Virus record (IMG/VR): IMGVR_UViG_3300020438_004435
Length of the DNA stretch: 64,000 bases
Source of the DNA: a virus
Strand: one strand, 5' to 3'
Shown here piece after piece: positions 22,469 through 31,981 of the stretch (its first letter is position 1; every line of letters begins with the position of its first letter). The translations under genes and the position numbers were made by a program. The notes below the pieces were generated by a model, which had not been told where the DNA came from, did no database searches, and saw only the letters and a list, made by a program, of their open reading frames with translations.

Positions 22469-25043
22469 AGAATTTCCGTATAATTTTTATATTTTTTTCA
22501 GGAAGATTTCCCCACTTCATTGCTATGTAAAAAGCTTCCAATTTGTTTTTCAATTCACCGTTAAAGATTTTATTATAATTTGTATACTTCCCAATAAAAT
22601 CTTTTATTTCTTCAGGATCATCATAACCCTTTAATGCACAACTTTCTATGCCTAATGGATTATCGGTGAGATATACCCATTTTATTTTATCACCATTATT
22701 AATTTTACCTGCATTCTCCTTATCATAATAGGTTAGCAAATCATTATAATTTATTGATGCCTTTACATGAGCAGGAACACCCTTAAACGATGTATTAAAT
22801 GGTTTATAGGTTCCTGATGCTGGTAAATATTTTCTAATATTTTTTACTCCTGTAGATTTGGCTATATCAACTATTGGATATGTAGGAATTGCTAATCTAA
22901 ATTCATAAATTTTATTATCTATCTCATCCTTAGGAACATTTTGTAAAATATCCATAAGAATTTCTCCAAGAAATTTCTTAAATGCTGCAGGATAATTTGA
23001 TCTTACTACGTCAATACCTTTAACATCTAATTTATTCACTACAACACCTTCGGAATTAATTATCCACTGTGCATATCTTTTTTTAGCTATCCATATACCT
23101 GACTTAGCTACAGTCTCCTGTTTAATATCAAATTTATGCGTATCAAGATTATGAAATTTTTTAGCATAAGGTGTATATGTATCATTAATATGATTTTGAA
23201 CCTCTTCAGCAATACCCAAAATCTTTTCCGTCATAATCTCATCATCAGATGTATCTATACCTGGAAATCTATGCTTAACAAGAGGTAAAGCTGAAAAGAA
23301 TACTGAGTCTGTATCTGTGTATATACAATGTTCTGTTGATGCATCCAATTCCCTATTATAATAATGATCAACTATCTTAGCCGTATTTTTAATTAATTGT
23401 TGACCTGACAATGTAATAGCTTCTGCATTATCTAAATCAAACCATCTAAATGTAGGAGATCCTAATACTCCATACATTGAATTTAGAAGAATTTTAGTAA
23501 CCCATTGTCTTTGGTGAAAGTATTCCCTTTTATCATCATCACCTGCTTGTGCATGCTTTTTCATTAAATTCTTAAAGGTCATTCTATCTTCAAACCACTT
23601 TTCCAAAATAGCTGGAATTAGGCCTTTCTTTCTTGTATTGTATATAGCCCCATTAGCTGCTATTGAATACCTATTTTCTTCCAACCAGGATCTAAGATGG
23701 CTTGTGGTTTCCCATTGAGTGTATTTGAATTTAGCATACTTATTTTTTACCTGACCCTCATATGGTCTATCTTCATTTTTAAGGAATGCCTGCAAATCAA
23801 AATCATGTATTGTAGATACCTTAGTATCTGGAGATATATTTAATGACATAATTAAAGATGGATAAAGTGATGTTAAATCTAAATCATATATCCATTCATA
23901 TCTACCAGGTTTTGGATCCATTACAAATGCACCACTATACTTAGCATCTTTTTTATTATCAAAATTCTTATTAGGCGCTACTACATTTATTGTTCTCAAA
24001 TATGTAAGGATAGCTCCTTCAAGAATCTGAGATTGTACATATATTTTTTCATATGGTACATGGCCTTTATGGCATATTGCTCTTGCTAAATCAATATATT
24101 TAAGCTTTTCATCCAACCTTTTTACTATCTCAACATCATTAAGGTTATATTCGATAAACTTATCTATATCGGTTCTAAATAAGTCATCTAATGTTCCGTC
24201 ATATTCTATCTTACCAAGATCAACCTCTATCTTACCAATAACATCCAATCTATATGATGATCTTTCATTGATTGTAAACTTTTTATATAGTGCTAAATAA
24301 TCTAATACATCAACACCCAAAAGATTATATTTTAATTCCTTATCTTGGCCACCCATCTTTGACCATTGATTTGCTTCTTTTACAATATTAATTCTACTTA
24401 ATGCATTTGCAACATCATGACCACATACTCTTGCCATCCTAGCATACAAATATGGTATATCAAAAAATTCAATATTCCAACCTGTTAAAATTGTAGGATC
24501 ATAATTCTTATAAGCTTCCATAAAGGTTTGTAATAATTCCTGTTCGGTTAAACAAGATATTATTTGAACATTATCTTTGATACTAGATTTAACCAATCTT
24601 TCAGGATCTAATATCAATACACCATATTCATTCTCACTTTTTAGCCAATAAGCTATTGATGTAATTTTATTCATAGGATTCCGAGAATTAGGAAATCCTT
24701 GTAAAATCTCTGTCTCAATATCAAAATAAAATTCCCTATGATTGGTTGATGGTTCATCTGAATGACCATATTCATCAATCAATACTCTGGTTTCTAATTG
24801 AACATCCGATTCATATATCTGACCCTTCTTTAACTCCTCGTCAGACCATCTACGAACCTGTTTAACGGCTTTACCATCTAAAGTGTATGATTTGCCTTTA
24901 GGATCTTTTTTATAGCCGTAGCGATAGTCTTTGAGCGGTCTTTTAATATAGCCATCTTCATCATCCCATATATGAGCCCAGCCCTTCGTCCAATATCCTT
25001 GCGGTGTTTGCTGAGGTCTTTCAATTGCTATATTTTGATACAT
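22458..25043 (-). CDS. Family B DNA polymerase (T4 gp43-like)
   Basis: FDIET and GWNIEFFD (exonuclease), DLTSLYPS, KILLNSMYG, YTDTDS and KKRY. Confidence 0.97.
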   Translation of the reverse strand: MYQNIAIERPQQTPQGYWTKGWAHIWDDEDGYIKRPLKDYRYGYKKDPKGKSYTLDGKAVKQVRRWSDEELKKGQIYESDVQLETRVLIDEYGHSDEPSTNHREFYFDIETEILQGFPNSRNPMNKITSIAYWLKSENEYGVLILDPERLVKSSIKDNVQIISCLTEQELLQTFMEAYKNYDPTILTGWNIEFFDIPYLYARMARVCGHDVANALSRINIVKEANQWSKMGGQDKELKYNLLGVDVLDYLALYKKFTINERSSYRLDVIGKIEVDLGKIEYDGTLDDLFRTDIDKFIEYNLNDVEIVKRLDEKLKYIDLARAICHKGHVPYEKIYVQSQILEGAILTYLRTINVVAPNKNFDNKKDAKYSGAFVMDPKPGRYEWIYDLDLTSLYPSLIMSLNISPDTKVSTIHDFDLQAFLKNEDRPYEGQVKNKYAKFKYTQWETTSHLRSWLEENRYSIAANGAIYNTRKKGLIPAILEKWFEDRMTFKNLMKKHAQAGDDDKREYFHQRQWVTKILLNSMYGVLGSPTFRWFDLDNAEAITLSGQQLIKNTAKIVDHYYNRELDASTEHCIYTDTDSVFFSALPLVKHRFPGIDTSDDEIMTEKILGIAEEVQNHINDTYTPYAKKFHNLDTHKFDIKQETVAKSGIWIAKKRYAQWIINSEGVVVNKLDVKGIDVVRSNYPAAFKKFLGEILMDILQNVPKDEIDNKIYEFRLAIPTYPIVDIAKSTGVKNIRKYLPASGTYKPFNTSFKGVPAHVKASINYNDLLTYYDKENAGKINNGDKIKWVYLTDNPLGIESCALKGYDDPEEIKDFIGKYTNYNKIFNGELKNKLEAFYIAMKWGNLPEKNIKIIRKFFEF

Positions 25044-25044
25044 A

Positions 25045-25236
25045 TTATACTAATTCTTCAACTATTCCTACTGCTTCAGATACTATTAATAATGTTACTG
25101 CAACTCCAATATTCCATGGAATAAACATATAACCTATTATTCTTATTCCTGATTTAACAAAACTAATTTGCTGATGTTTTTTTGCATCTGGTAATTCCTG
25201 CTTGGTATCATTTTGTAATCCACCTGTTCTTGTCAT
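25045..25236 (-). CDS. Small membrane protein
   Basis: 63 aa with a hydrophobic C-terminal half. Confidence 0.55.
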   Translation of the reverse strand: MTRTGGLQNDTKQELPDAKKHQQISFVKSGIRIIGYMFIPWNIGVAVTLLIVSEAVGIVEELV

Positions 25237-25237
25237 A

Positions 25238-25738
25238 TTATATACTTTTTAATTCTTCGTCTGTAAAAAATTGTTTTAGATTTGGTCTGAAATAATTAAT
25301 TGATTTCATCACCTTATTATCACTACTTCTATATACCACCCATCTGTCACCAACCTTTTCATAATGACAAGGATGGCCTTTTTCTTCTGATCTTAAAGCA
25401 ACAGTTGCCTTTGCTTCACTTTCTGTAGCACATGATTTAGACATATTTGAAGCTTGTACCTCTTTATATGCTGGTTCTATTCTATCTTTAAGACCATGCA
25501 ACATAGCTCCATTTCCTAATGATACATAAGTAATATCCGCTAATGCATCTAATACTTCTACTATATCACCCTTTTCACATGCTTCTTTATATTCCGCTAA
25601 TTCTTCCATAATAAAATCATATACAAACATCCATTCCTTTTTATCTGGAATATTAGGTGTATAATTATTTGGTTTGCCGAATGTAGCATTAAATTCCTCT
25701 ACCTCACTTATAAATGGTACTTTTTTATTATCTTTCAT
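25238..25738 (-). CDS. MazG/PRA-PH-like nucleotide pyrophosphohydrolase
   Basis: EELAEY...EVLDALADITYV...SNMSK. Confidence 0.85.
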   Translation of the reverse strand: MKDNKKVPFISEVEEFNATFGKPNNYTPNIPDKKEWMFVYDFIMEELAEYKEACEKGDIVEVLDALADITYVSLGNGAMLHGLKDRIEPAYKEVQASNMSKSCATESEAKATVALRSEEKGHPCHYEKVGDRWVVYRSSDNKVMKSINYFRPNLKQFFTDEELKSI

Positions 25739-25739
25739 T

Positions 25740-26390
25740 TTATAATCCTCCTATAAATTCATAAAACTCTGAACGAGCTAAATTATTATTATCCATAAAT
25801 ACACCAGACATCTTTGCTGTCTTCATTGTTGAATCGTGCTTTACACCTCTTACACATGCACACATATGTCCAGCTTCTACCATAACAGCTACACCTATAT
25901 TTCCACCTGTAACCTTATTTATATGATCATGGATTTGCATTGTTAAATTTTCCTGCACTTGCGGTCTTCTTGCATAAAATTCCGCAATTCTATTTAATTT
26001 ACTCAATCCAATAATTTGACCATCCTTTGAAGGAATATAAGCTACATGAGCCTTGCCTATAAATGGTTGATGATGATGAGAACATAATGAATGTATTTTA
26101 ATATTACCTTGAAATACCATACCATCATACTTATCCACATTATCAAATGCTGTAATTTTAGGTTCATTATTATAACATCCTTCAGCTATATCATTTACCC
26201 AAGCTTTAGCTACTCTCATAGGAGTATCATTTGAATTAGGATCATTTCTCCAATCAAATCCTAAAGCATCCATATATTTGGAATATGCTTTAGCTGCTTT
26301 CTTAATTAACCTTTCTTGTTGTTTCGGTGTTAATGGTAAATTACCATTTGCATATTTTAATTTCTCAGTCATTTGTTTTCCCTTTTGCAT
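25740..26390 (-). CDS. folE: GTP cyclohydrolase I
   Basis: TPMRVAK, SLCSHH, GLSKLNR, RRPQVQE and HMCACVRG. Confidence 0.96.
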   Translation of the reverse strand: MQKGKQMTEKLKYANGNLPLTPKQQERLIKKAAKAYSKYMDALGFDWRNDPNSNDTPMRVAKAWVNDIAEGCYNNEPKITAFDNVDKYDGMVFQGNIKIHSLCSHHHQPFIGKAHVAYIPSKDGQIIGLSKLNRIAEFYARRPQVQENLTMQIHDHINKVTGGNIGVAVMVEAGHMCACVRGVKHDSTMKTAKMSGVFMDNNNLARSEFYEFIGGL

Positions 26391-26883
26391 AAATATTTTC
26401 TAAATTTCTACTTAACCCTAAATCATCTAATCCATATCCTACTACCCATTCATCATTTATCTCAAATCCATATAAATCAATTGGATGTGTATTATCTTTT
26501 CTTTTTAATAAAGATACTATACTAATTCTATTTGGTAATTGTTGATTAAAATGAATAACTAATTCCTTCATTGTATTTCCTGTATCTATTATATCATCTA
26601 TAATATACAAATTTTTTCCCAATAAATCAACTTCTACATCACTTTTTATTTGAACTCCTGAAGAATTATCTTTACCGATATATGATTTTGCTCTTATGAA
26701 ATCAATCTCACATAATCCATTATACTCTGATACTAAATCTGTAAAGAATTTATAAGCTCCATTTAATACACATATAAACACTGGTGGTAAACCATTATCA
26801 TATTTAGTAGTGTGTTGTTCTAATTGTTCAGCCATTATCTTGATACGATCGGCTAATTGAGGTTTATCTATTAATATGTCCAT
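26365..26883 (-). CDS. hpt: Hypoxanthine/guanine phosphoribosyltransferase-like
   Basis: [16 protein letters not shown] (PRPP loop) and VVGYGLD. Confidence 0.9.
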   Translation of the reverse strand: MDILIDKPQLADRIKIMAEQLEQHTTKYDNGLPPVFICVLNGAYKFFTDLVSEYNGLCEIDFIRAKSYIGKDNSSGVQIKSDVEVDLLGKNLYIIDDIIDTGNTMKELVIHFNQQLPNRISIVSLLKRKDNTHPIDLYGFEINDEWVVGYGLDDLGLSRNLENIYAKGKTND

Positions 26884-27323
26884 TTAATAATATCTTTGAA
26901 TCGTTCATCTTTTGCGTCTATCCTACATAATCCACCATTCAATGGACCAATACAACAATTTATGGATGCTATTACCTTTCTCATATCCGGCAAGCTATAC
27001 CAGCATGCTACATTATTTTTTATATCTACGTGGTATATTCTATCGGATTTTGATTTCCAAAACCACCCAGGACTGTAATCCTTTTCAAATTCAAGATAAA
27101 AATGTCCATCATTTAGATTACCCTTACTATCTAGATAATATGCATTATACCAGCTATCTTTTTTAATACCGAAATCTATTCCATCTGTCTGCGCTTTCCA
27201 ATCTTCTCTTAGATCAATAACTTCATCATAAACCGTATTTAATTTATTAAATAGCCATTCCTCTGCTTTACCACCTTTTAATCCTGATACACCAAATTTC
27301 TTGGTTAATTGTTCTGTACTCAT
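26871..27323 (-). CDS. PD-(D/E)xK nuclease-like protein
   Basis: GGKAEE (helix E), GIDF, LDSK, then YLEF and GWFWKSKSD. Confidence 0.65.
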   Translation of the reverse strand: MSTEQLTKKFGVSGLKGGKAEEWLFNKLNTVYDEVIDLREDWKAQTDGIDFGIKKDSWYNAYYLDSKGNLNDGHFYLEFEKDYSPGWFWKSKSDRIYHVDIKNNVACWYSLPDMRKVIASINCCIGPLNGGLCRIDAKDERFKDIIKWTY

Positions 27324-27329
27324 ATTTTA

Positions 27330-27482
27330 TTATTTTTGTTGTTTATCATATTCATGTATTGCTATTCTTAATTTTGTAATCAGATCCTTTATATCCAACG
27401 GATCCATGGTTACCGCACAACAGGTATCTTCCACCTGATCTTCGATTTCCTTTAATATAGCATATATTTCCTTTATTGTCAT
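27330..27482 (-). CDS. 50-aa protein translationally coupled to queE (not in ORF track)
   Basis: MTIKEIYAILKEIEDQVEDTCCAVTMDPLDIKDLITKLRIAIHEYDKQQK; TAATG overlap with the queE stop; fills the gap. Confidence 0.65.
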   Translation of the reverse strand: MTIKEIYAILKEIEDQVEDTCCAVTMDPLDIKDLITKLRIAIHEYDKQQK

Positions 27483-28255
27483 TATACACCACGATCTGTA
27501 TCATATGCTATAATATGATCCCTACCTGTCATATTATATCCATGTTCTGCAACCATTTCAAATACTAATGGATACATTTTAACTAATGTCTCTCTAGTAT
27601 CACCAGCTGGCATAACATAGGTCTTATCTTTTGGTATATCCAATTCAATTCTATAATCCTCAATTTCCTTAAGATTTTCCTCTGTGCCATCCCATACAGG
27701 CTTGAAATGATAATCCTTATGATATGACATCATTTGTTTTATTGCTTCCGTATTTTGTCTAAGTCTATTATGAGTCTTTATCATTTTTTCATCCACCACC
27801 TTACCTGCTGGAGTAATAGCTCCTATTACTGGAACACTATTACTAAATTTAGGACTGATAGATAATAGATCTAATGGATAATCTGTTTCTACAAATTTAC
27901 TTCCCTCTGTTTCTATAGTAACTATAATACCTCTTTCATTAGCAAAATGTGTTATTTCATTCACCAATGCTGGATGCATGGTAGGAGATCCTCCTGTTAA
28001 CATCATTTCCTTTACCTGAGGGTTCTCATCATAAATTTTAATAATATCATTAAAGCTGAATGTTCCCTTTTCTGGGTGTATTGATGTATACCATGAATCA
28101 CACCATCCTCCATCACCAAAATAACATCTATGAGTACAACCTGTTGTCCTTACGGCAATTGTTGGCCTTCCAAATCTACTTCCTTCTGATTGTACACATC
28201 TATATACTTCTAATATAGGTAATACTTTATTATAATCTTCTATTCTTTTACGCAT
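27482..28255 (-). CDS. queE: 7-carboxy-7-deazaguanine synthase (radical SAM)
   Basis: YRCVQSEG, CTHRC-x7-CDS, LTGGSP, IETEG and SISPK. Confidence 0.92.
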   Translation of the reverse strand: MRKRIEDYNKVLPILEVYRCVQSEGSRFGRPTIAVRTTGCTHRCYFGDGGWCDSWYTSIHPEKGTFSFNDIIKIYDENPQVKEMMLTGGSPTMHPALVNEITHFANERGIIVTIETEGSKFVETDYPLDLLSISPKFSNSVPVIGAITPAGKVVDEKMIKTHNRLRQNTEAIKQMMSYHKDYHFKPVWDGTEENLKEIEDYRIELDIPKDKTYVMPAGDTRETLVKMYPLVFEMVAEHGYNMTGRDHIIAYDTDRGV

Positions 28256-29024
28256 GAGACTCTAATAATTTTTCTACATGATCCTTTGCTGTTTCCCAAC
28301 CATCAATATATTCCACAGGATCCTTTCTGTTTAATTTTAAGAATGCTTCAATTCTTTCTACCGATGATGCTGATTTATAATCTGATCTTCCCTCTGCATC
28401 AGGTTTATATGATGTATTTGTTCTTTTATAAACCTCATCAAAATCTAATCCTAATACAGCGCAAGCTGCTTCACCATCAACTAATATACCATATTTATCA
28501 TCCTCCAAATATGGTGTAATATATTTTACTTTATCAGCATCCCAATTACCCTGCTTGAATGCTTCATAATCTGCGTCTCTAAATTCCTGTCTACAATCAG
28601 GATAAATAGCATGATCGCCTGCATGTATACCCATTGCTATTTTTACTTCACAATCATTTTGTTGAGCTATAGATAATGCTACTGCTTGAATGATAGATGA
28701 GAATATTTTATTTCTGTTAGGAACAACGGTATCTTTCATATTGTCCTCTTCATAATGACCTTCAGGTACCTCTTCACCGCCTTTTACAAGATTTGAATCT
28801 AATAATCCAACCAATCCTTGTAATGTTATTCTTTGATATTTTACAGAATGACCATTTCTATCTAAATACTCTATTAATTCCGCTGCTCTTTCTAATTCTA
28901 CATTATGCTTTTGACCGTAATCAAAACTTAATGCTGTTACTTCATAGCCATGTGCCAATAAATGTAACAATACTGTACTACTGTCCATTCCACCTGATAA
29001 AGATAATACTGCTTGTTTTTTCAT
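28248..29024 (-). CDS. queC: 7-cyano-7-deazaguanine synthase
   Basis: SLSGGMDS PP-loop, FDYGQKH, VPNRN and HAIYPDCR. Confidence 0.95.
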   Translation of the reverse strand: MKKQAVLSLSGGMDSSTVLLHLLAHGYEVTALSFDYGQKHNVELERAAELIEYLDRNGHSVKYQRITLQGLVGLLDSNLVKGGEEVPEGHYEEDNMKDTVVPNRNKIFSSIIQAVALSIAQQNDCEVKIAMGIHAGDHAIYPDCRQEFRDADYEAFKQGNWDADKVKYITPYLEDDKYGILVDGEAACAVLGLDFDEVYKRTNTSYKPDAEGRSDYKSASSVERIEAFLKLNRKDPVEYIDGWETAKDHVEKLLESHA

Positions 29025-29026
29025 AT

Positions 29027-29647
29027 TTATTCTCCTATTTTTTCTAGTGTAACGTCCTTTTCTTCCATTTCAATCTTACCTGTTTCTTCTAGATAATCCT
29101 TTATTTCCTGAACTCTTTCATCTATGCCTATTGTCTCTAATTCTACTACCTCTAAATCAGGATGTCCATTCTTTATTACATGAATAGTATTTTTCATATG
29201 TATAGCTATCTTTTCCTGATACTCTGCATCAGTATCCCTTACACCATCCTCTTTAAGAAATTCTTTATAAGGTGGAATATATATAATTAAATCGAATGGA
29301 AAAGTATGCATAATAGCATTCATAATCCTACTTGAATAATTAACCGATTGTGAACTAACAAATCCATCTTGCATACATTGCATTGCATAAGCATGAGAAT
29401 CAATTATACATCTATCAAATAATGAATATTTGTGTGCATATTGAGCTTCTTGTGCATTTCTTAAATGAGTAAGAGTAATTAAATCTTGCGAATAATCATC
29501 CCCTTCTTTATTTATTTTTACATTAGAATTCTTAGCTAATGATCTAACCACTTCATCATATACATGCATCCATGGCATAGCTACTTTTAATTTATTTACT
29601 AATGTTGTCTTACCTGTTCCCTGTGCTCCTACAAAAGCTATTTTCAT
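29027..29647 (-). CDS. Nucleoside monophosphate kinase-like P-loop protein
   Basis: GAQGTGKT, FDRCIIDS and EDGVR. Confidence 0.75.
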   Translation of the reverse strand: MKIAFVGAQGTGKTTLVNKLKVAMPWMHVYDEVVRSLAKNSNVKINKEGDDYSQDLITLTHLRNAQEAQYAHKYSLFDRCIIDSHAYAMQCMQDGFVSSQSVNYSSRIMNAIMHTFPFDLIIYIPPYKEFLKEDGVRDTDAEYQEKIAIHMKNTIHVIKNGHPDLEVVELETIGIDERVQEIKDYLEETGKIEMEEKDVTLEKIGE

Positions 29648-29670
29648 ATTTTTCTCCTTTATTATAATAT

Positions 29671-29699
29671 AATATACAAAATTATTTTAATATATCCAA
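29671..29699 (-). promoter_or_regulatory. Class-I sigma70-like promoter
   Basis: TTGGAT-N17-TATATT upstream of kinase-queC-queE-nuclease-hpt-folE-mazG-polB. Confidence 0.7.
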
Positions 29700-30434
29700 C
29701 ACATATCGCTGATTTTTTAGCATTAATTCCTCATTTACTGAATATGGTTCCTCTAAATCAATTGTCCAATCGGGCTTCATATAATCATATTTATCCTCAA
29801 ATTTTATTCCATCTATGGCACAATGATATACTATACTAGTATCCACTCCTCTTATTAAGGATTTTTCTTCTGATGTATATTCCTTGAATTCATCTACTGT
29901 ACTCCAACATCCTAATAAATGAATATCTTTATTTTGAGGATTATTTGCTAATGCATATCTTACCGCCTCTGGCCTTCCTCCAGCAAATTGTGTCTCAGTA
30001 ACCTTTGGTACTGCTAATACATCTACATCATCATATTTGCTTAATGTATCCCATGTACTTTTCCATTCTTCAGGATTCTTTCCATGACAAACTACCTGCA
30101 ACTTTGTTTCTTCCATCATTAACCATAATTCAACCTTTGATAATGCTATATCGGTTGATTTGATTGTAGCTTTACCATCTCTATATACATCTGGTAATAC
30201 TATTTCTGATGGTCTTAATTCCTCTGCTGCTTTCATTACAACATCTGATTGTAATGCTTTATTACCTAATTCAATTAAAGAATTATCTAAAATGACATAT
30301 TCTCCATTAGCTAATTTTTGTTTATAAAATTCCGTATATTTAGGATATTTTAATATTAAATGTGTTAATGCCATATGATAATCAGTATTATCATATTTTA
30401 GGTCGTGTGTTGGACAAATAAATGCTACTTTCAT
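29682..30434 (-). CDS. TGT/DpdA-like TIM-barrel protein (divergent)
   Basis: Ordered motifs ILDNS, LPDV, VCHG, HLLG and GVDTS parallel the DSG/D/HG/HxxG/DS pattern of TGT-fold transglycosylases; located beside queD. Confidence 0.6.
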   Translation of the reverse strand: MKVAFICPTHDLKYDNTDYHMALTHLILKYPKYTEFYKQKLANGEYVILDNSLIELGNKALQSDVVMKAAEELRPSEIVLPDVYRDGKATIKSTDIALSKVELWLMMEETKLQVVCHGKNPEEWKSTWDTLSKYDDVDVLAVPKVTETQFAGGRPEAVRYALANNPQNKDIHLLGCWSTVDEFKEYTSEEKSLIRGVDTSIVYHCAIDGIKFEDKYDYMKPDWTIDLEEPYSVNEELMLKNQRYVLDILK

Positions 30435-30443
30435 ATTATATTC

Positions 30444-30998
30444 TTAAATAAATGTTTTTGGATTATTATTTTGCTTTACATCATCATCTGTATCAGACAT
30501 AGTATTGCCATTAGGTATACCTGTTATTTCTCTAGGTTGATGAGTATCTACATTTGGATAGTATATTGCTGAATTATTTGTTCCGCCTTCAAATGATTCT
30601 ACCTTCAATACCCTTACTCTTCCGTTTGTTTCTTCTAACATCTTATCATTAATAAGATTATATACCCATTCTGCATATCTTTCACAACCAACATGATCCA
30701 TAACCCTTAATTGAACAAGTCCTACTTTATCCATCTTTCTAAATATTTCTAAATGTGGATCATCTGCAGCTACGACTGTTGTATGATCGAATTGATTTGC
30801 TAATTCCTCTTTGATGCCATTTCTTTTGAAACACCCAAAATCACAAACATAGTTCATGTGATCCAATTCACCCTCGAACCATACCTTAAATTTTAATGCA
30901 TACCCATGCACGAATTGGCAATGTGAATGTGTTGCTCTGTGTTGTCTAAATGCTGTACTAAATCCATCAAATATTTTTGTACTCTTAAATTGTGTCAT
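30444..30998 (-). CDS. queD: 6-carboxytetrahydropterin synthase
   Basis: HCQFVHGY, DFG, FDHTTV and GCERYA. Confidence 0.9.
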   Translation of the reverse strand: MTQFKSTKIFDGFSTAFRQHRATHSHCQFVHGYALKFKVWFEGELDHMNYVCDFGCFKRNGIKEELANQFDHTTVVAADDPHLEIFRKMDKVGLVQLRVMDHVGCERYAEWVYNLINDKMLEETNGRVRVLKVESFEGGTNNSAIYYPNVDTHQPREITGIPNGNTMSDTDDDVKQNNNPKTFI

Positions 30999-31476
30999 TT
31001 TTTTCTCCGTTTAGGTTATATAATTCTGATTGATGTAGATCATCGCAGAACTTTTCGTAATTATTTATTAATGAGCTTTTATATCTATGATATTCATGCC
31101 CGGGTTTTCCATTAAGTGGTTTTCTTAATCTTTCAACAATCCTATTTCTGAGTATCATTGAAGCACTCATATCAGGTTGCCAATCATTATGGTATTTTTT
31201 AGGAAATTCATTAAGGTCTAATTTGGTTCCAGGTTTGAAATTACGTCTTCGCATTTCATTATTGACTGCACCTAATCTCTTTTTAAGATATACTAATTTA
31301 TTCTTAAAAAAATTTATATGACCCGTTCCCATCTTAAATATTGCAGGAACTGGAGATTTAATCTCAAAACCATGTTTTCTTAAACCACCTGTGATCATAG
31401 TGATTTCTACACTTTCAGCTATCAAATGCTGATCTGATAAATGTTTAGGATCTACTCCTATATTAACTCTTGCCAT
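30985..31476 (-). CDS. denV: Pyrimidine-dimer DNA glycosylase (T4 endonuclease V-like)
   Basis: MARVN...LSDQHLIAE...GTGHINFF..K...EMRRR; start moved to the ATG at 31476. Confidence 0.88.
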   Translation of the reverse strand: MARVNIGVDPKHLSDQHLIAESVEITMITGGLRKHGFEIKSPVPAIFKMGTGHINFFKNKLVYLKKRLGAVNNEMRRRNFKPGTKLDLNEFPKKYHNDWQPDMSASMILRNRIVERLRKPLNGKPGHEYHRYKSSLINNYEKFCDDLHQSELYNLNGEKNDTI

Positions 31477-31488
31477 AACTATTTTATT

Positions 31489-31517
31489 AATATACAAAAA
31501 ATTATTTTAACTACCAA
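31489..31517 (-). promoter_or_regulatory. Class-I sigma70-like promoter
   Basis: TTGGTA-N17-TATATT upstream of denV-queD-TGT-like. Confidence 0.72.
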
Positions 31518-31554
31518 ATTTATTATAAATTATTATTTTTATACATTTCAATGT

Positions 31555-31743
31555 TTATTCCCATTTTCTATTGTATTTTTCCCTTTGATCAATTAATACA
31601 TATTCTACTGTATCGTGATGACCACAATGAGGACATCTTAATTTTTCCAATTTATCTGCCTCATTGATTTTCCATTCACCTTCGCATTTTTTATTGCTAC
31701 ATTTGTAAATGTATGTATGTCTTATAAATACTTTGTGTCCCAT
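31555..31743 (-). CDS. Small zinc-ribbon protein
   Basis: CSNKKC and CPHC. Confidence 0.6.
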   Translation of the reverse strand: MGHKVFIRHTYIYKCSNKKCEGEWKINEADKLEKLRCPHCGHHDTVEYVLIDQREKYNRKWE

Positions 31744-31780
31744 TTGAATACCCCAATTGTTTATTAGTACACATAACCAT

Positions 31781-31981
31781 TTATATATTATTTTTATATG
31801 GACAATGTCTGCAGTTAGAGTTGCAGCAAGAGCCTCTTCTTTTATGATACATTTCGGTCATAACCATTTTTCCCTCTTCCCAATAAAATTCATCTGGTTT
31901 TAATTTAGGTTTAAGGAATTCCTTATAATATAAATCCTGTATCCAATCCACTTTATTTGACCTCACAACTTCCTCCTGCAC
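31781..31981 (-). CDS. Cys-rich small protein (DUF5522-like)
   Basis: YWEEGKMVMTEMYHKRRGSCCNSNCRHCPY. Confidence 0.7.
   Translation of the reverse strand: MQEEVVRSNKVDWIQDLYYKEFLKPKLKPDEFYWEEGKMVMTEMYHKRRGSCCNSNCRHCPYKNNI

Noticed and set aside
25740-30998. que genes as host-type tRNA queuosine synthesis
   Set aside because: No queF, queA or canonical tgt and no GUN tRNAs in the window, and the genes are embedded among DNA precursor and replication genes. It is not fully excluded without the rest of the genome.
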